From a virus (taxonomy: Duplodnaviria > Caudoviricetes), in IMG/VR virus record IMGVR_UViG_3300017908_000183, positions 1-39,461 of that record: 39,461 bases of DNA. One strand, given 5' to 3'. The notes under the pieces are model-generated. The model was not told the origin of the DNA. It searched no databases and worked only from the letters and a program-made list of their open reading frames with translations. A program made the translations under genes and the position numbers. This document shows positions 26,001 through 34,192 of the stretch, piece by piece. The first letter of the stretch is position 1. The number at the start of each line of letters is the position of its first letter.

Positions 26001-26473
26001 ATAAGACCTTTCAACATCAGCATAATTGCAGGTACCCAAACGATTGAAGCTACGGCAGCAACCAGGAGTAGTGGTGTTGCCAAAATCATATATCCTGCGA
26101 ATTTTAGAATGGAAAGTCCTACGTCGCCCAAAACAACCAGACCTTTTGTTAATGCATCCATTTTTTCAGCAAGTTCCTTTCCAGGACCTGCTTTTTCTAA
26201 TGCATCGACAATAAAGCCTAAGCCTAGACCAATAGGTTTGAGGGTTGGAGCTACTAATTTTAAGACTATTGCTTCTTGTAAACCACCTTTACCTGAAGCT
26301 GTTCGTTCTTCAAGGTTTTCCAATGCAGTAACCATTCGATCCATACGATCAAATAGCTCTCCACCTGGGTTTAATGCCACGGCGGTTTGTTCTGTGTTAT
26401 CTCTGATTTCTTCTAGAAGACCGGTTTGTCCTCCTAGTTTATCAAAGGCACTTTGTAGAAACTTAAAGTTCAC
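23093..26473 (-). CDS. Probable tail tape measure protein
   Basis: 1126 aa, Ala/Gly/Leu-rich helical and hydrophobic; internal repeat LKFPTGYDKDGNPTG (x2); located downstream of tube and chaperone/hub genes. Confidence 0.75.
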   Translation of the reverse strand: MNFKFLQSAFDKLGGQTGLLEEIRDNTEQTAVALNPGGELFDRMDRMVTALENLEERTASGKGGLQEAIVLKLVAPTLKPIGLGLGFIVDALEKAGPGKELAEKMDALTKGLVVLGDVGLSILKFAGYMILATPLLLVAAVASIVWVPAIMLMLKGLMYATEGLDEERMKKLVLLGDVGMSILKLAGSLALVALLAIPALVGLLATTVILVGIAGVFKILDMIGADPKRMEDFGDSIKSLGMGLLLLGGTLALLSVVAMPVLKGLMVAMAVIAGIGLTFFLLDKLGIDKSMRNMAFTLMLVSLSIVTLATALALADILIPPMERTLQIAAVVGGVALVFGLAGLLKSYIVGGALAMIFAGLSLVVIGLGLQMISKPLETGGWEFIGQVGAIVVGLGLAMAGAGAAAMFIIPGAAAMVLAGGALVVIGLGLKAIASVDFKALGALANGKGSKAFDWSGEVSEGFLGFGAGRKKTNFEIAMEAIAAGLALGPISIAGILAGAPTLILASAALIGIAKGLRVFKEVVAEADLPKLSENMDYIVSGLADTFAKVGQKYPGGGGGIMSALFGSGSDTSVVAQGISAVSGMGRALKGIAKGVQAMAELKFPTGYDKDGNPTGYETINLTTAVPALIANTQLIVTGLSKTFAEVGESDAAQGSTWFTSSSYEKGIKVVKKMGEPLYNLANGVQNMANLKFPTGYDKDGNPTGFKSIGNVGSLVKKLTKNTKAIIIGLAGVFEQVGKSDAAKGGGWFSKSNFEKGIEVALQLADPYSALADAVEDVTKITSSVGDAEEVKAKVTAMISSITDAGGSDSALIAGKTMLIGMIGATYEKLGTAIPAIVSAIASFTVDKAKAFAAIFGGESPAELFESKTNYLKGLTMSYMRMAFAIPLIVGSINTVQAEQLDAFTAIYGGKMSDVEMMNSRKELFIAIGDSYEKLGGAVPKITSAISGVEPEAFDRFKGLFIGRVGMLRPIAGYEAQTELWNAIGANMGATATAFPTIAEGINAMDLAKLTETRQMFEALAVLAEGGESPEDILEAMGESLSTALENLTAMIETFRTTVETGTAAQGNFIEEAAGTIGTSIGNFVGGVTGMGGGGNSAAVVSAIETLRRTLTSKGIKIKDLDDLVS

Positions 26474-26539
26474 TAGATTACTCCTTAGTATTTTTTAAAG
26501 TTAAGGGGCATGCTTTGGGAACATGCCCCTAATACTATA

Positions 26540-26548
26540 TTATATATC
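26540..26548 (-). promoter_or_regulatory. Putative late promoter GATATATAA
   Basis: Upstream of tape measure, followed by hairpin AGGGGCATG/CATGCCCCT (about 26503-26530). Confidence 0.65.
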
Positions 26549-26549
26549 T

Positions 26550-26861
26550 CTACAATTTAGGCATCTTTATAGAAGGTTGCTTCATTGTAGGGACCTTAGG
26601 CATCTTTGGCGTTTTATATTTAGAACTCATTGAATTCTGTCTCTCGTTCGCCTGTTCTTGTTGGTCCTTTTGTTGTTTGTTTCTCTCCTTGATGTATTCT
26701 GAAAGATTCTTCACGTAGTACCAGTATTCGTAGTAGTACATGTTTTCAATTTCAGAAGGTTGCATCCTGAGATGAATGCCCAGGTAGAACTTAGTCTTAA
26801 AGTAATTCTCCAGCGAGATCTGAAATAATGAAAAGACTTTTGATGCCACCTGGGAACTCAA
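26550..26861 (-). CDS. T4 gp51-like baseplate hub assembly / chaperone C-terminal part (start uncertain)
   Basis: SLENYFKTKF...PSEIENMYYYEYWYYVKNL; overlaps the upstream gene in the +1 frame with no ATG before the conserved segment. Confidence 0.55.
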   Translation of the reverse strand: MSSQVASKVFSLFQISLENYFKTKFYLGIHLRMQPSEIENMYYYEYWYYVKNLSEYIKERNKQQKDQQEQANERQNSMSSKYKTPKMPKVPTMKQPSIKMPKL

Positions 26862-27801
26862 GAGGGGCCGATGCCTTCTCTCCGTCTATGGTGGTTTCTA
26901 GTGTTGCTTGAACACCAATTCTCATTCTTTCAGCTAATCTGTAGATTACCATGAACTTTTTCTCATCCCATGCCTTATAGTCAACCTCTAATTGAAAGAT
27001 TTTGTTTAGGCCTAATGATTTCCAGTCTGACTGAACATAAGGTAGGACTTGAATAAAAGCTTTATCAAACTCAACTTCTTTTTCCTGACGATCTTTAAGA
27101 TAGTTAGTAACCTCTTGCATTACACCGATTGTAGGTGGATGCATTTTTACTTCACCAGCAGAACGTGTCTTAATAACATAAGTTCTAGCCTTTTCGTCAT
27201 AGTATTTTTCAATCTCTTCGTCAATAGTAGTTGGTACTAAATTCTTGATTGCTAATTCTATGTCAACTGGCCTTTTACCCTGCTCGGTTTTACCTTTTAA
27301 CATTAATTTGTTTTCAGGTTCTGGGAAAGTTAAGTCTCTTACACTAAGTAGGACGATGATTCTGTCTTCTTCAAGTAGGTCTTTATAGGAAAGTCTCTTT
27401 TTGCCAGAACTCATCTGCATACATGATTCAACGATTGAGTTTAACTTCTCTTCCATATCGATATAGTTATTCTCATCCATTGTTGAGAAGTGTCTAATTT
27501 CAGCAGCTTTCGCAGATCTGATTTTAATTACACTGTCCGCAGGATAAAACTTACCTTTTGATGGTAGTTGTTCTTGGTCTAATACATGCCATCCTAAAGC
27601 AGAGTCTGAAGACTGTGCTCTGTCTGGTCCGAAATTACCCATATTAACTCTACCTAAACCGCCTGCAGCTACAGCAGCTTCCATATCTGTTGCTTCTGCA
27701 TCTGTAGTTTCTACTTGAGGATCGTTAATAGCATCTTTAGCTTCTAAGGCTTTTGCCATTTTAGCTTCCTCTGCGCTAAGTTTCTTTTTCTTGTCGCTCA
27801 T
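26797..27801 (-). CDS. T4 gp26-like baseplate hub / tail assembly chaperone
   Basis: LPSKGKFYP...IKIRS...DR motif; position between tube and tape measure. Confidence 0.6.
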   Translation of the reverse strand: MSDKKKKLSAEEAKMAKALEAKDAINDPQVETTDAEATDMEAAVAAGGLGRVNMGNFGPDRAQSSDSALGWHVLDQEQLPSKGKFYPADSVIKIRSAKAAEIRHFSTMDENNYIDMEEKLNSIVESCMQMSSGKKRLSYKDLLEEDRIIVLLSVRDLTFPEPENKLMLKGKTEQGKRPVDIELAIKNLVPTTIDEEIEKYYDEKARTYVIKTRSAGEVKMHPPTIGVMQEVTNYLKDRQEKEVEFDKAFIQVLPYVQSDWKSLGLNKIFQLEVDYKAWDEKKFMVIYRLAERMRIGVQATLETTIDGEKASAPLEFPGGIKSLFIISDLAGELL

Positions 27802-27803
27802 AT

Positions 27804-28022
27804 TTATTTACTTTTTAGGTTTTTCAAATTTTGTTTTATGTAAGATTTTTGGTCCAAGCTTCTCTTACTAAGCTCGTCTTTTATTAAATTGCGTATAAAT
27901 GCGCTCACTGAAATAGGACGTTGTTCATATTCGAGTGCATCATTTAGAATAACTCGATTGACCTCACGAACTTCATCTTCAGTCAGTAAGACTTGTAATT
28001 TTTTGGTTAATTTATCACTCAT
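27804..28022 (-). CDS. Small ribbon-helix-helix-like protein
   Basis: KKLQVLLTEDE...SVSAFIRNLI pattern. Confidence 0.5.
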   Translation of the reverse strand: MSDKLTKKLQVLLTEDEVREVNRVILNDALEYEQRPISVSAFIRNLIKDELSKRSLDQKSYIKQNLKNLKSK

Positions 28023-28062
28023 AATCTCTTATTATTAGGATATTATATTATGTTTTTTGAGT

Positions 28063-28100
28063 TTAAAAAAAGGGGGCTGAAAAACAGCCTCCTTTTTTAA
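28063..28100 (-). terminator. Rho-independent terminator after tail tube
   Basis: AAAAAAGGGGGCTG-AAAAA-CAGCCTCCTTTTTT (+ strand reading). Confidence 0.85.
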
Positions 28101-28116
28101 CTAAAAACTTTTAAGT

Positions 28117-28674
28117 TTATGTCAACTCTTCAGTGTAAACGTCACACTTCCAAGTTACTTCTAATGCTCTAGGCTCTGCATCTGCATAGTCTAATCCATC
28201 CACTAGGTTTACACCTGATGTAATGAAACAGTCATCTAGAGTAACTTTTCTATAAATGTCACCTTCTCTGTTGAATTGTACAACAACAATAGTACCTACA
28301 TAATTCTTCTTAAGACCCATTTCTCCAGTTTCAGGGTTGTAAGCTGCTCTGTACCATTGTCTTAATGTTTTGTAAATGTAAGCCTGGTTAGAGTCGTTTA
28401 GGTTAAGTGAGAAGTTAATAGTCAGATCTACTGAAGTTTGACCAGCCATACCTGCGTATGATCTGTCAGCAAACTTGTATTTCTGAGTGACTGCTTCTAC
28501 ACCTGGAGCTAATCCGTCTAGACCTGCTACTGTGTTAACTTGTTGTAAAAGGAACTCTTGCCCTGCAACACCATCCGGTGGTAAAATAGTTACCTCGAAT
28601 AGGTTACCTTGTACTGGCTCGAAATTTCTACCTTTCTTGCTAGTTTGGTCCTCTGAATAATGTGGTAAAGCCAT
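28117..28674 (-). CDS. Tail tube protein (T4 gp19-like)
   Basis: Follows sheath; NLFEVTI...YKTLRQW...YNPETG...GLKKNYVG...LDY...VTWKCD. Confidence 0.85.
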   Translation of the reverse strand: MALPHYSEDQTSKKGRNFEPVQGNLFEVTILPPDGVAGQEFLLQQVNTVAGLDGLAPGVEAVTQKYKFADRSYAGMAGQTSVDLTINFSLNLNDSNQAYIYKTLRQWYRAAYNPETGEMGLKKNYVGTIVVVQFNREGDIYRKVTLDDCFITSGVNLVDGLDYADAEPRALEVTWKCDVYTEELT

Positions 28675-28696
28675 ATCTTAATTTTTCTTATTTTAT

Positions 28697-28705
28697 TTAT
28701 ATATC
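28697..28705 (-). promoter_or_regulatory. Putative late promoter GATATATAA
   Basis: Upstream of tail tube. Confidence 0.7.
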
Positions 28706-28714
28706 GTTGTTTTC

Positions 28715-31579
28715 TTATGCAAAGTTACCTGTTGCGATCTCACCTGTGTTTAGTACTGTCACCCTAGATACTAGAATCTCAAGACCTTTAACTGGTTCTA
28801 CGAATGTATCAAGAATACCCATGTTGTTGTCGATTACTTCAGCCGTGTTGTTTGAAGTGTCCATGATATTCTTAAAGTCGAATACACCACCGTCTTTCTT
28901 AACTGATTCCATAAAGTTATCAGCTAAAGTTTTGATTTCTAATCTAGTTTGAGCGTTGTTAAACTCGAACAGATAGTTCTTAAGAATTTCAGCTAGACCA
29001 TCCTCGATGTAAATTAATACTTCTCTTACGTGAGCAGAAGAAAGTGCTGATTGAATTCCTTGTTGTGCTGTTTTATTACCTTTGATCGTTAAACCAACGC
29101 CTCTTTCAAATACAATTGGGTTGTAACCGAATGGCTCAAGTACATCTCTGTCGAATTTGTCAAATGCAAATTCTAGAGACTGAACACCTGTTCCACCTAC
29201 AACACCTCTTCTTGGGCCTGCGATGATTGACCATGGTAATGCATCTAAAAATTTATCAATATAGTTGTTTGATACGTAAGCTGCTGGTGGAATAACTTTA
29301 GTTCTACCATTCTCGATTACATTTAAACCAGGACCGTAGTAGAATGCGTAGTTAGCACCTTCGTTGATCGATGGTAATGTATAAAGAGCTGATGGGTTTA
29401 ACTCTAAGTTACCTCCAGTTGCTACTGTGTTCACGTCAAATGCACCTGTTACAGTGTTTAAGAATGATGGGTTAGTAGATGCTTTGAATTCTTTCACCAT
29501 TGGTGCGTTAAGAATTGCTGAAGCATTTTGTCTTTCTTTACATAAGAATGATAATTCTTCTTTGTTAAGTAATCCACCGTTCTCTAATGAACCGAATGTA
29601 TCAACAACATATCTGAATGTAATGTTGTCTTTGTCAATTAAAGCGTTTCCTAAACCAGTTCCCGGCTTAATTGCAGCAAGTAAGTCAGCGATTAGCTTGT
29701 CTCCTTGTGTTGCACCTTCTAGTGGGAAAGTTTTGTATACACCTGCAGATTCTTCATATCTCTTAAGTGCATAACCTGGTCTAGATGAAACTACTCTATG
29801 AGTTTCAAATCTATAGTAAGTTACTCCTGATACGACAGACTTAACAATCTTCTTAATTCTAGAAAGTTTGCCACCGTCACCAGGTACATACATACCTACT
29901 TTAATATCTGAATTCCAAGCTACAGTACCTGCTGCTGACTCATCAGCATTGAAAATAAAGATACCAGCGCCATTTGCAGTAAATGACCATCCTTCAGCTA
30001 ATGTTGGGAACATTTCCGCTCTTGAGTTAGGTTGTAATGTCCATACATCAAATGATGATTGGATGATTGCGCTGAATGCAGCTAATGCAGTTTGGTTAGC
30101 TCCAACATATTGGTCAGAGAATGCAACACCACCACCTGCAGAAATTTCTACTGTGTTATCGTTAGGGTCTACAGTAATATCTGAGATTTGTGTATATTCA
30201 CCTGCATTTACAGATAATAGGAAGTTACCTACTATTAATGAGTTATATGCATCAGGACCGTGTGATAGTTTTAAGTTACCGTTTGCTAGCTTTGTGATAG
30301 TTACAGGACCACCGTTAACGAATGGAGCAGCAGTACCAGCAGCAAAAGCTTCATATCCTTTTGAGATTTGTCCTGAAGCTGTAATTGTTACTTGGTTTGC
30401 ACCTGTATCGTCAATCGCAGTGATTGAAACATATTCACCAGCAGTTAAAGCTTCTAAATACTTAGAAGTTGTAATACCGTGAACAGAGCTTAAAATCGCA
30501 GCAGATACGTTTGTACCGTTGATAACTAATTGATTGTTATCATTGTCAACTGATACAATACCGCCTTGAGCTGTTAAATCTGCGATAGTTTCTGATGCAA
30601 CTTGCTTCACTTTATGTGATAAAACTTCGTAATCATTGTAGATGTCGAAACCGTTACCGATTAGGTCGATTTGTGGAAGTGCATCTTCTTGTACTGCACA
30701 GAATAAACCTGTTCTTCTAGCCTCCATGTTAATTAGAGTCTCGATGTACATTTGATTACCTTCAGCATCAATAAATTCTGGTATTAAAGATACACCATCA
30801 TATTGTGCTAAAAGAGTTACTTCTCTTAATCCAGCGAATTGAGCAAACTGATTTCTAAATAAACCATCCTGATCGAAGTAATCTCCGTAGTTAGGATCGT
30901 TATTTAATTCAGCAGCGTCAAATTTGCCTTTAAATACAAATACATCTACTAAGTAGTCTGATACGTACTCGTCAGCGTCAACTCCTTCTGGAATGTTAGC
31001 TTCACCGTACCATTCTCTCGCTGTTAACTCAAAGCCTCTAACATCTGCAGCTTGTCTAATGATAACTGTAATTGGATCTTGCTTGATGTTAACAAATGAG
31101 ATTGCATGATTTTGATCTTCTGCAGCAGCACTTAATAACTTCTCATCAGAAGGTACCCAGAATTTATCTGTATCAAAAACATCTGAATACTTCTTAGAAG
31201 TCATTGCAGAAGCTTGAAGTGAATTAGCTGATAAACCTTGTACTGCAGAGTTAGTTGCTGGTGAGAAAATACTCACTTTGTCATCGTTAGATGCAGTAGT
31301 CATGTTCATAGCTAAAATTGGACCTCTTGATAGAGCTTCAATAGCTGATCTGTGGAAGAACATATTTTTCTTTTCTAAGGACTTGTCAATTCCACCGAAT
31401 ACTTGCTTAAATTGCTCTACATCTTCTATAAGAACTGGAGTATTGTAAGGACCTTTATTAGATCTACCTACAACTAGTCTGATAGTTTCCGCAGGAATGT
31501 TAACGGTTTGTGACTTGTCAAACTCTAGACGATATACGCCTGAGCTTTTGAACTGTAATAATTGAGGACTTAATGCCAT
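28715..31579 (-). CDS. Tail sheath protein (T4 gp18-like)
   Basis: SSGVYRLEFDKS, GRSNKGPYNTPV, PWSIIAGPRRG, NPIV, GNKT, LFEFNNAQTR, FVEPVKGLE. Confidence 0.92.
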   Translation of the reverse strand: MALSPQLLQFKSSGVYRLEFDKSQTVNIPAETIRLVVGRSNKGPYNTPVLIEDVEQFKQVFGGIDKSLEKKNMFFHRSAIEALSRGPILAMNMTTASNDDKVSIFSPATNSAVQGLSANSLQASAMTSKKYSDVFDTDKFWVPSDEKLLSAAAEDQNHAISFVNIKQDPITVIIRQAADVRGFELTAREWYGEANIPEGVDADEYVSDYLVDVFVFKGKFDAAELNNDPNYGDYFDQDGLFRNQFAQFAGLREVTLLAQYDGVSLIPEFIDAEGNQMYIETLINMEARRTGLFCAVQEDALPQIDLIGNGFDIYNDYEVLSHKVKQVASETIADLTAQGGIVSVDNDNNQLVINGTNVSAAILSSVHGITTSKYLEALTAGEYVSITAIDDTGANQVTITASGQISKGYEAFAAGTAAPFVNGGPVTITKLANGNLKLSHGPDAYNSLIVGNFLLSVNAGEYTQISDITVDPNDNTVEISAGGGVAFSDQYVGANQTALAAFSAIIQSSFDVWTLQPNSRAEMFPTLAEGWSFTANGAGIFIFNADESAAGTVAWNSDIKVGMYVPGDGGKLSRIKKIVKSVVSGVTYYRFETHRVVSSRPGYALKRYEESAGVYKTFPLEGATQGDKLIADLLAAIKPGTGLGNALIDKDNITFRYVVDTFGSLENGGLLNKEELSFLCKERQNASAILNAPMVKEFKASTNPSFLNTVTGAFDVNTVATGGNLELNPSALYTLPSINEGANYAFYYGPGLNVIENGRTKVIPPAAYVSNNYIDKFLDALPWSIIAGPRRGVVGGTGVQSLEFAFDKFDRDVLEPFGYNPIVFERGVGLTIKGNKTAQQGIQSALSSAHVREVLIYIEDGLAEILKNYLFEFNNAQTRLEIKTLADNFMESVKKDGGVFDFKNIMDTSNNTAEVIDNNMGILDTFVEPVKGLEILVSRVTVLNTGEIATGNFA

Positions 31580-31610
31580 AGTTGTTCGTTATTATTTTTT
31601 AATTCTTTTA

Positions 31611-31619
31611 TTATATATC
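31611..31619 (-). promoter_or_regulatory. Putative late promoter GATATATAA
   Basis: Upstream of tail sheath. Confidence 0.7.
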
Positions 31620-31636
31620 CTTGTCTTTCTGCAAAT

Positions 31637-33469
31637 TTATTTCAAAAGGTCATAAATATCATATTGTAAATCTCCAGCCTGGTCATTGTCCTTGAATAGG
31701 ACTGCTTCCATCTCATCATGGAGTTCTGGTTCTATGAAATCTAAGAGCTCTTCCACAAAATCTGCATAGTCTGTCGTGTTAAAAAATTCGGTTGCAGTAA
31801 TACAAGTCATAATTACGTCGTCATTACCCATTTGAGCGCCATAACTACCGTTTGGAAGGGTTCCAAACAAGGATGCCTCAGTCACTGTAACTTCATCTGT
31901 TAAATCTAATCTATTTATCTTGTAAAGTTTCGCAAAGTTCTGGCAGAAGATAGCTTTATTGTCAGATTTTAGTTTTATACCTGGTTTTAAAGATCTACCG
32001 TCATGTCTATGCTTAAATTTAACTATCATTTCATCATCAAAGTCATTTCTTTGTGGAAAAATCTGTCTTAGATAATTAAACAATACAGTACCATAAGTAT
32101 TATATTCAACAATCATCTTTACGTTCTCCGAGTAGAATATGTCGACTGATAATGTATATAGTACTTTTGCGAAATCTTCAATTACGTGCTCATTTGATCT
32201 GAATCTACAGACTTGGTCGAACTTGAAGAAATCATACATCGCACCAGGATTAACAACATTCTTTATTTCTTCCTTATTCATTGGACTAACTTGGAAGACA
32301 TTAATTACTGATGCGTCACCACCATTACCTTCTGCAATATCCACTGAGAATAGCCAGAAGTTCTCAGCATCTTTACATGTATCAATATCAAAGTCTGGAT
32401 CCCACTCTAAGAAACCTTTAGTATCAATAGAGATATAGTCGAACTCATCGAAGTCATGATAGACATAAGGCTTCATGCGCTTTCTCATCTTTTTCATATC
32501 TACTGGGTCTAGAAGTAGATTTGAACTAGAAACGAATTCATTTCCATACTGTTTATTGAATGCCTCAATTGAACCTAAGTTTTTAAGTTCTCTTTCGTAC
32601 CACTCTTCGTCTCGGTCAGGATGTTGCCACCAGTCGATACGCATAGGATGATATTCATTATCGCCACGATCTGCTGCTGCGTATATTTGGTAGAATTTGT
32701 TAAAGCCATTTGGTGTTGATGTAATTGTAATTCTTGAGACTTTCGACGAGGATAGTGTAGGATATACGTTCTCATAGAAAGAATCTGCAATTGATGAATG
32801 GACGTGAGCAAACTCGTCCAAGTATAAGTTGTGAATTGTAAAACCAATACCAGATTTTGCTGTGGTTGATTGTCCAATGATACGACAACCATTATCACAT
32901 CTTACATTCATGACATCGTATTTGATAATACCAGGCTTCATGAAGAATGGAAGATTTTCAATAACTGTTTTAGCTTTATCAATAATTTCTTTTGTTGAGT
33001 CAGATTTATTGGCAAGTAACAGAGTGTTCTTGTCCATATTAAATGTTAGATACCAAGCATTGAAGATAGATGCTGTAACTGTTTTACCCATCTGACGAGA
33101 AGCTAGTACAATGTTAAATCTCTCATTCTGTAGATTTCTCAACATTTCTACCTGATAATCTCTTAGCTTTACTTGTTGAATACCATTATCTGTCATTACC
33201 ACTGCATACTTCTCTGCAAAATATACAATGTCAGCGGCGCATCTAGCTAGCTCTTGAATTTCTTCATCGGTATATTCAAATACTATATTACCTTTCTTTA
33301 GAAATTGTCTACCCTCGTAGAATGGTAACTTAATCTTAGGACGATAACCCTGGTCCATAGCAACCAATAAGTCATTGATTTGCTTGGTAGACCAAACAAT
33401 TCTTTCCGAGGCTGCCTGTGGCCCTTCCTCTTTCGGAATCCATTTATTATCTCCTACGTAGTCTGACAT
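31637..33469 (-). CDS. Terminase large subunit (T4 gp17-like)
   Basis: LRDYQ, SRQMGKT (Walker A), LYLDEFAH (Walker B), TSTPNG, VDIAEGNGGD and NDDVIM nuclease motifs. Confidence 0.96.
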   Translation of the reverse strand: MSDYVGDNKWIPKEEGPQAASERIVWSTKQINDLLVAMDQGYRPKIKLPFYEGRQFLKKGNIVFEYTDEEIQELARCAADIVYFAEKYAVVMTDNGIQQVKLRDYQVEMLRNLQNERFNIVLASRQMGKTVTASIFNAWYLTFNMDKNTLLLANKSDSTKEIIDKAKTVIENLPFFMKPGIIKYDVMNVRCDNGCRIIGQSTTAKSGIGFTIHNLYLDEFAHVHSSIADSFYENVYPTLSSSKVSRITITSTPNGFNKFYQIYAAADRGDNEYHPMRIDWWQHPDRDEEWYERELKNLGSIEAFNKQYGNEFVSSSNLLLDPVDMKKMRKRMKPYVYHDFDEFDYISIDTKGFLEWDPDFDIDTCKDAENFWLFSVDIAEGNGGDASVINVFQVSPMNKEEIKNVVNPGAMYDFFKFDQVCRFRSNEHVIEDFAKVLYTLSVDIFYSENVKMIVEYNTYGTVLFNYLRQIFPQRNDFDDEMIVKFKHRHDGRSLKPGIKLKSDNKAIFCQNFAKLYKINRLDLTDEVTVTEASLFGTLPNGSYGAQMGNDDVIMTCITATEFFNTTDYADFVEELLDFIEPELHDEMEAVLFKDNDQAGDLQYDIYDLLK

Positions 33470-34134
33470 TATTCTTCTGTTGGTTCAACGTCTTCAATAT
33501 CCTCATTCGCACCATCAATACCAGCACGAATTGCAGCCATTAAGTCTTTTGTACCTCTTTGGATATTTTTATTACCAGTATCTCCACCTGCTCCTTCAAT
33601 CTCAGCTTGATTCTGTCTTTGTTGATAGATTTCTATATCTCTAGCAATTCTCTTTGTACCTTCTTCTGCAGCCATTAGATACATGGTCTGAGATTTAATA
33701 ATATCTAACATTGACTTCTGTAGAGTTGCTAGTACTTCGAACATTCTAGGTGCTAATTCACCTGAGTCAATAGTTTCTAATAGAGTGGTTAAGGCTCTTT
33801 CACCAGCCTGTAATTGATAAATGAGTGACGACATAGTCATCTCATCCATTTGTTTCTTAGCTTTGATATACTCATCTTGTTCAATAATATCTGCATCCAG
33901 ATAAAATTTCATTAGACTTGTAATTGTCTTTTGTGCCTTTTTACTAGCACCAGCTTTCAACTCTGTATAATTAACCAACGGTGCAATATCTGTTGGTCTA
34001 GCTTGAATAGGCAGATCTTTAGGGTCGTTTTCTACTTCTAGAGGACTATCACCAATTAAATCATCTAGCTCTTTCCTAATATCATCTGCTTGTTCTGCTA
34101 TAGTTCGTTTTTTCTTTGAATTTTCTTCACTCAT
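33469..34134 (-). CDS. Probable terminase small subunit (T4 gp16-like)
   Basis: Coupled to TerL (TAATG); PRMFEVLATLQK and GTKDLM motifs; late-motif variant GATATATAG at 34151-34159. Confidence 0.7.
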   Translation of the reverse strand: MSEENSKKKRTIAEQADDIRKELDDLIGDSPLEVENDPKDLPIQARPTDIAPLVNYTELKAGASKKAQKTITSLMKFYLDADIIEQDEYIKAKKQMDEMTMSSLIYQLQAGERALTTLLETIDSGELAPRMFEVLATLQKSMLDIIKSQTMYLMAAEEGTKRIARDIEIYQQRQNQAEIEGAGGDTGNKNIQRGTKDLMAAIRAGIDGANEDIEDVEPTEE

Positions 34135-34192
34135 AATATGATATTATATCCTATATATCTTACAAATCTATCTACAATAGATCGTAGAGCAA

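Noticed and set aside
25029-26498. 489-aa + strand ORF (also 23124-23546, 29427-29774, 29868-30482)
   Set aside because: Antisense shadows of tape measure and sheath genes caused by codon bias; no recognisable motifs.
31637-33469. Intein or intron in the terminase large subunit
   Set aside because: The ORF is continuous, of normal length, and has no intein or homing-endonuclease motifs.
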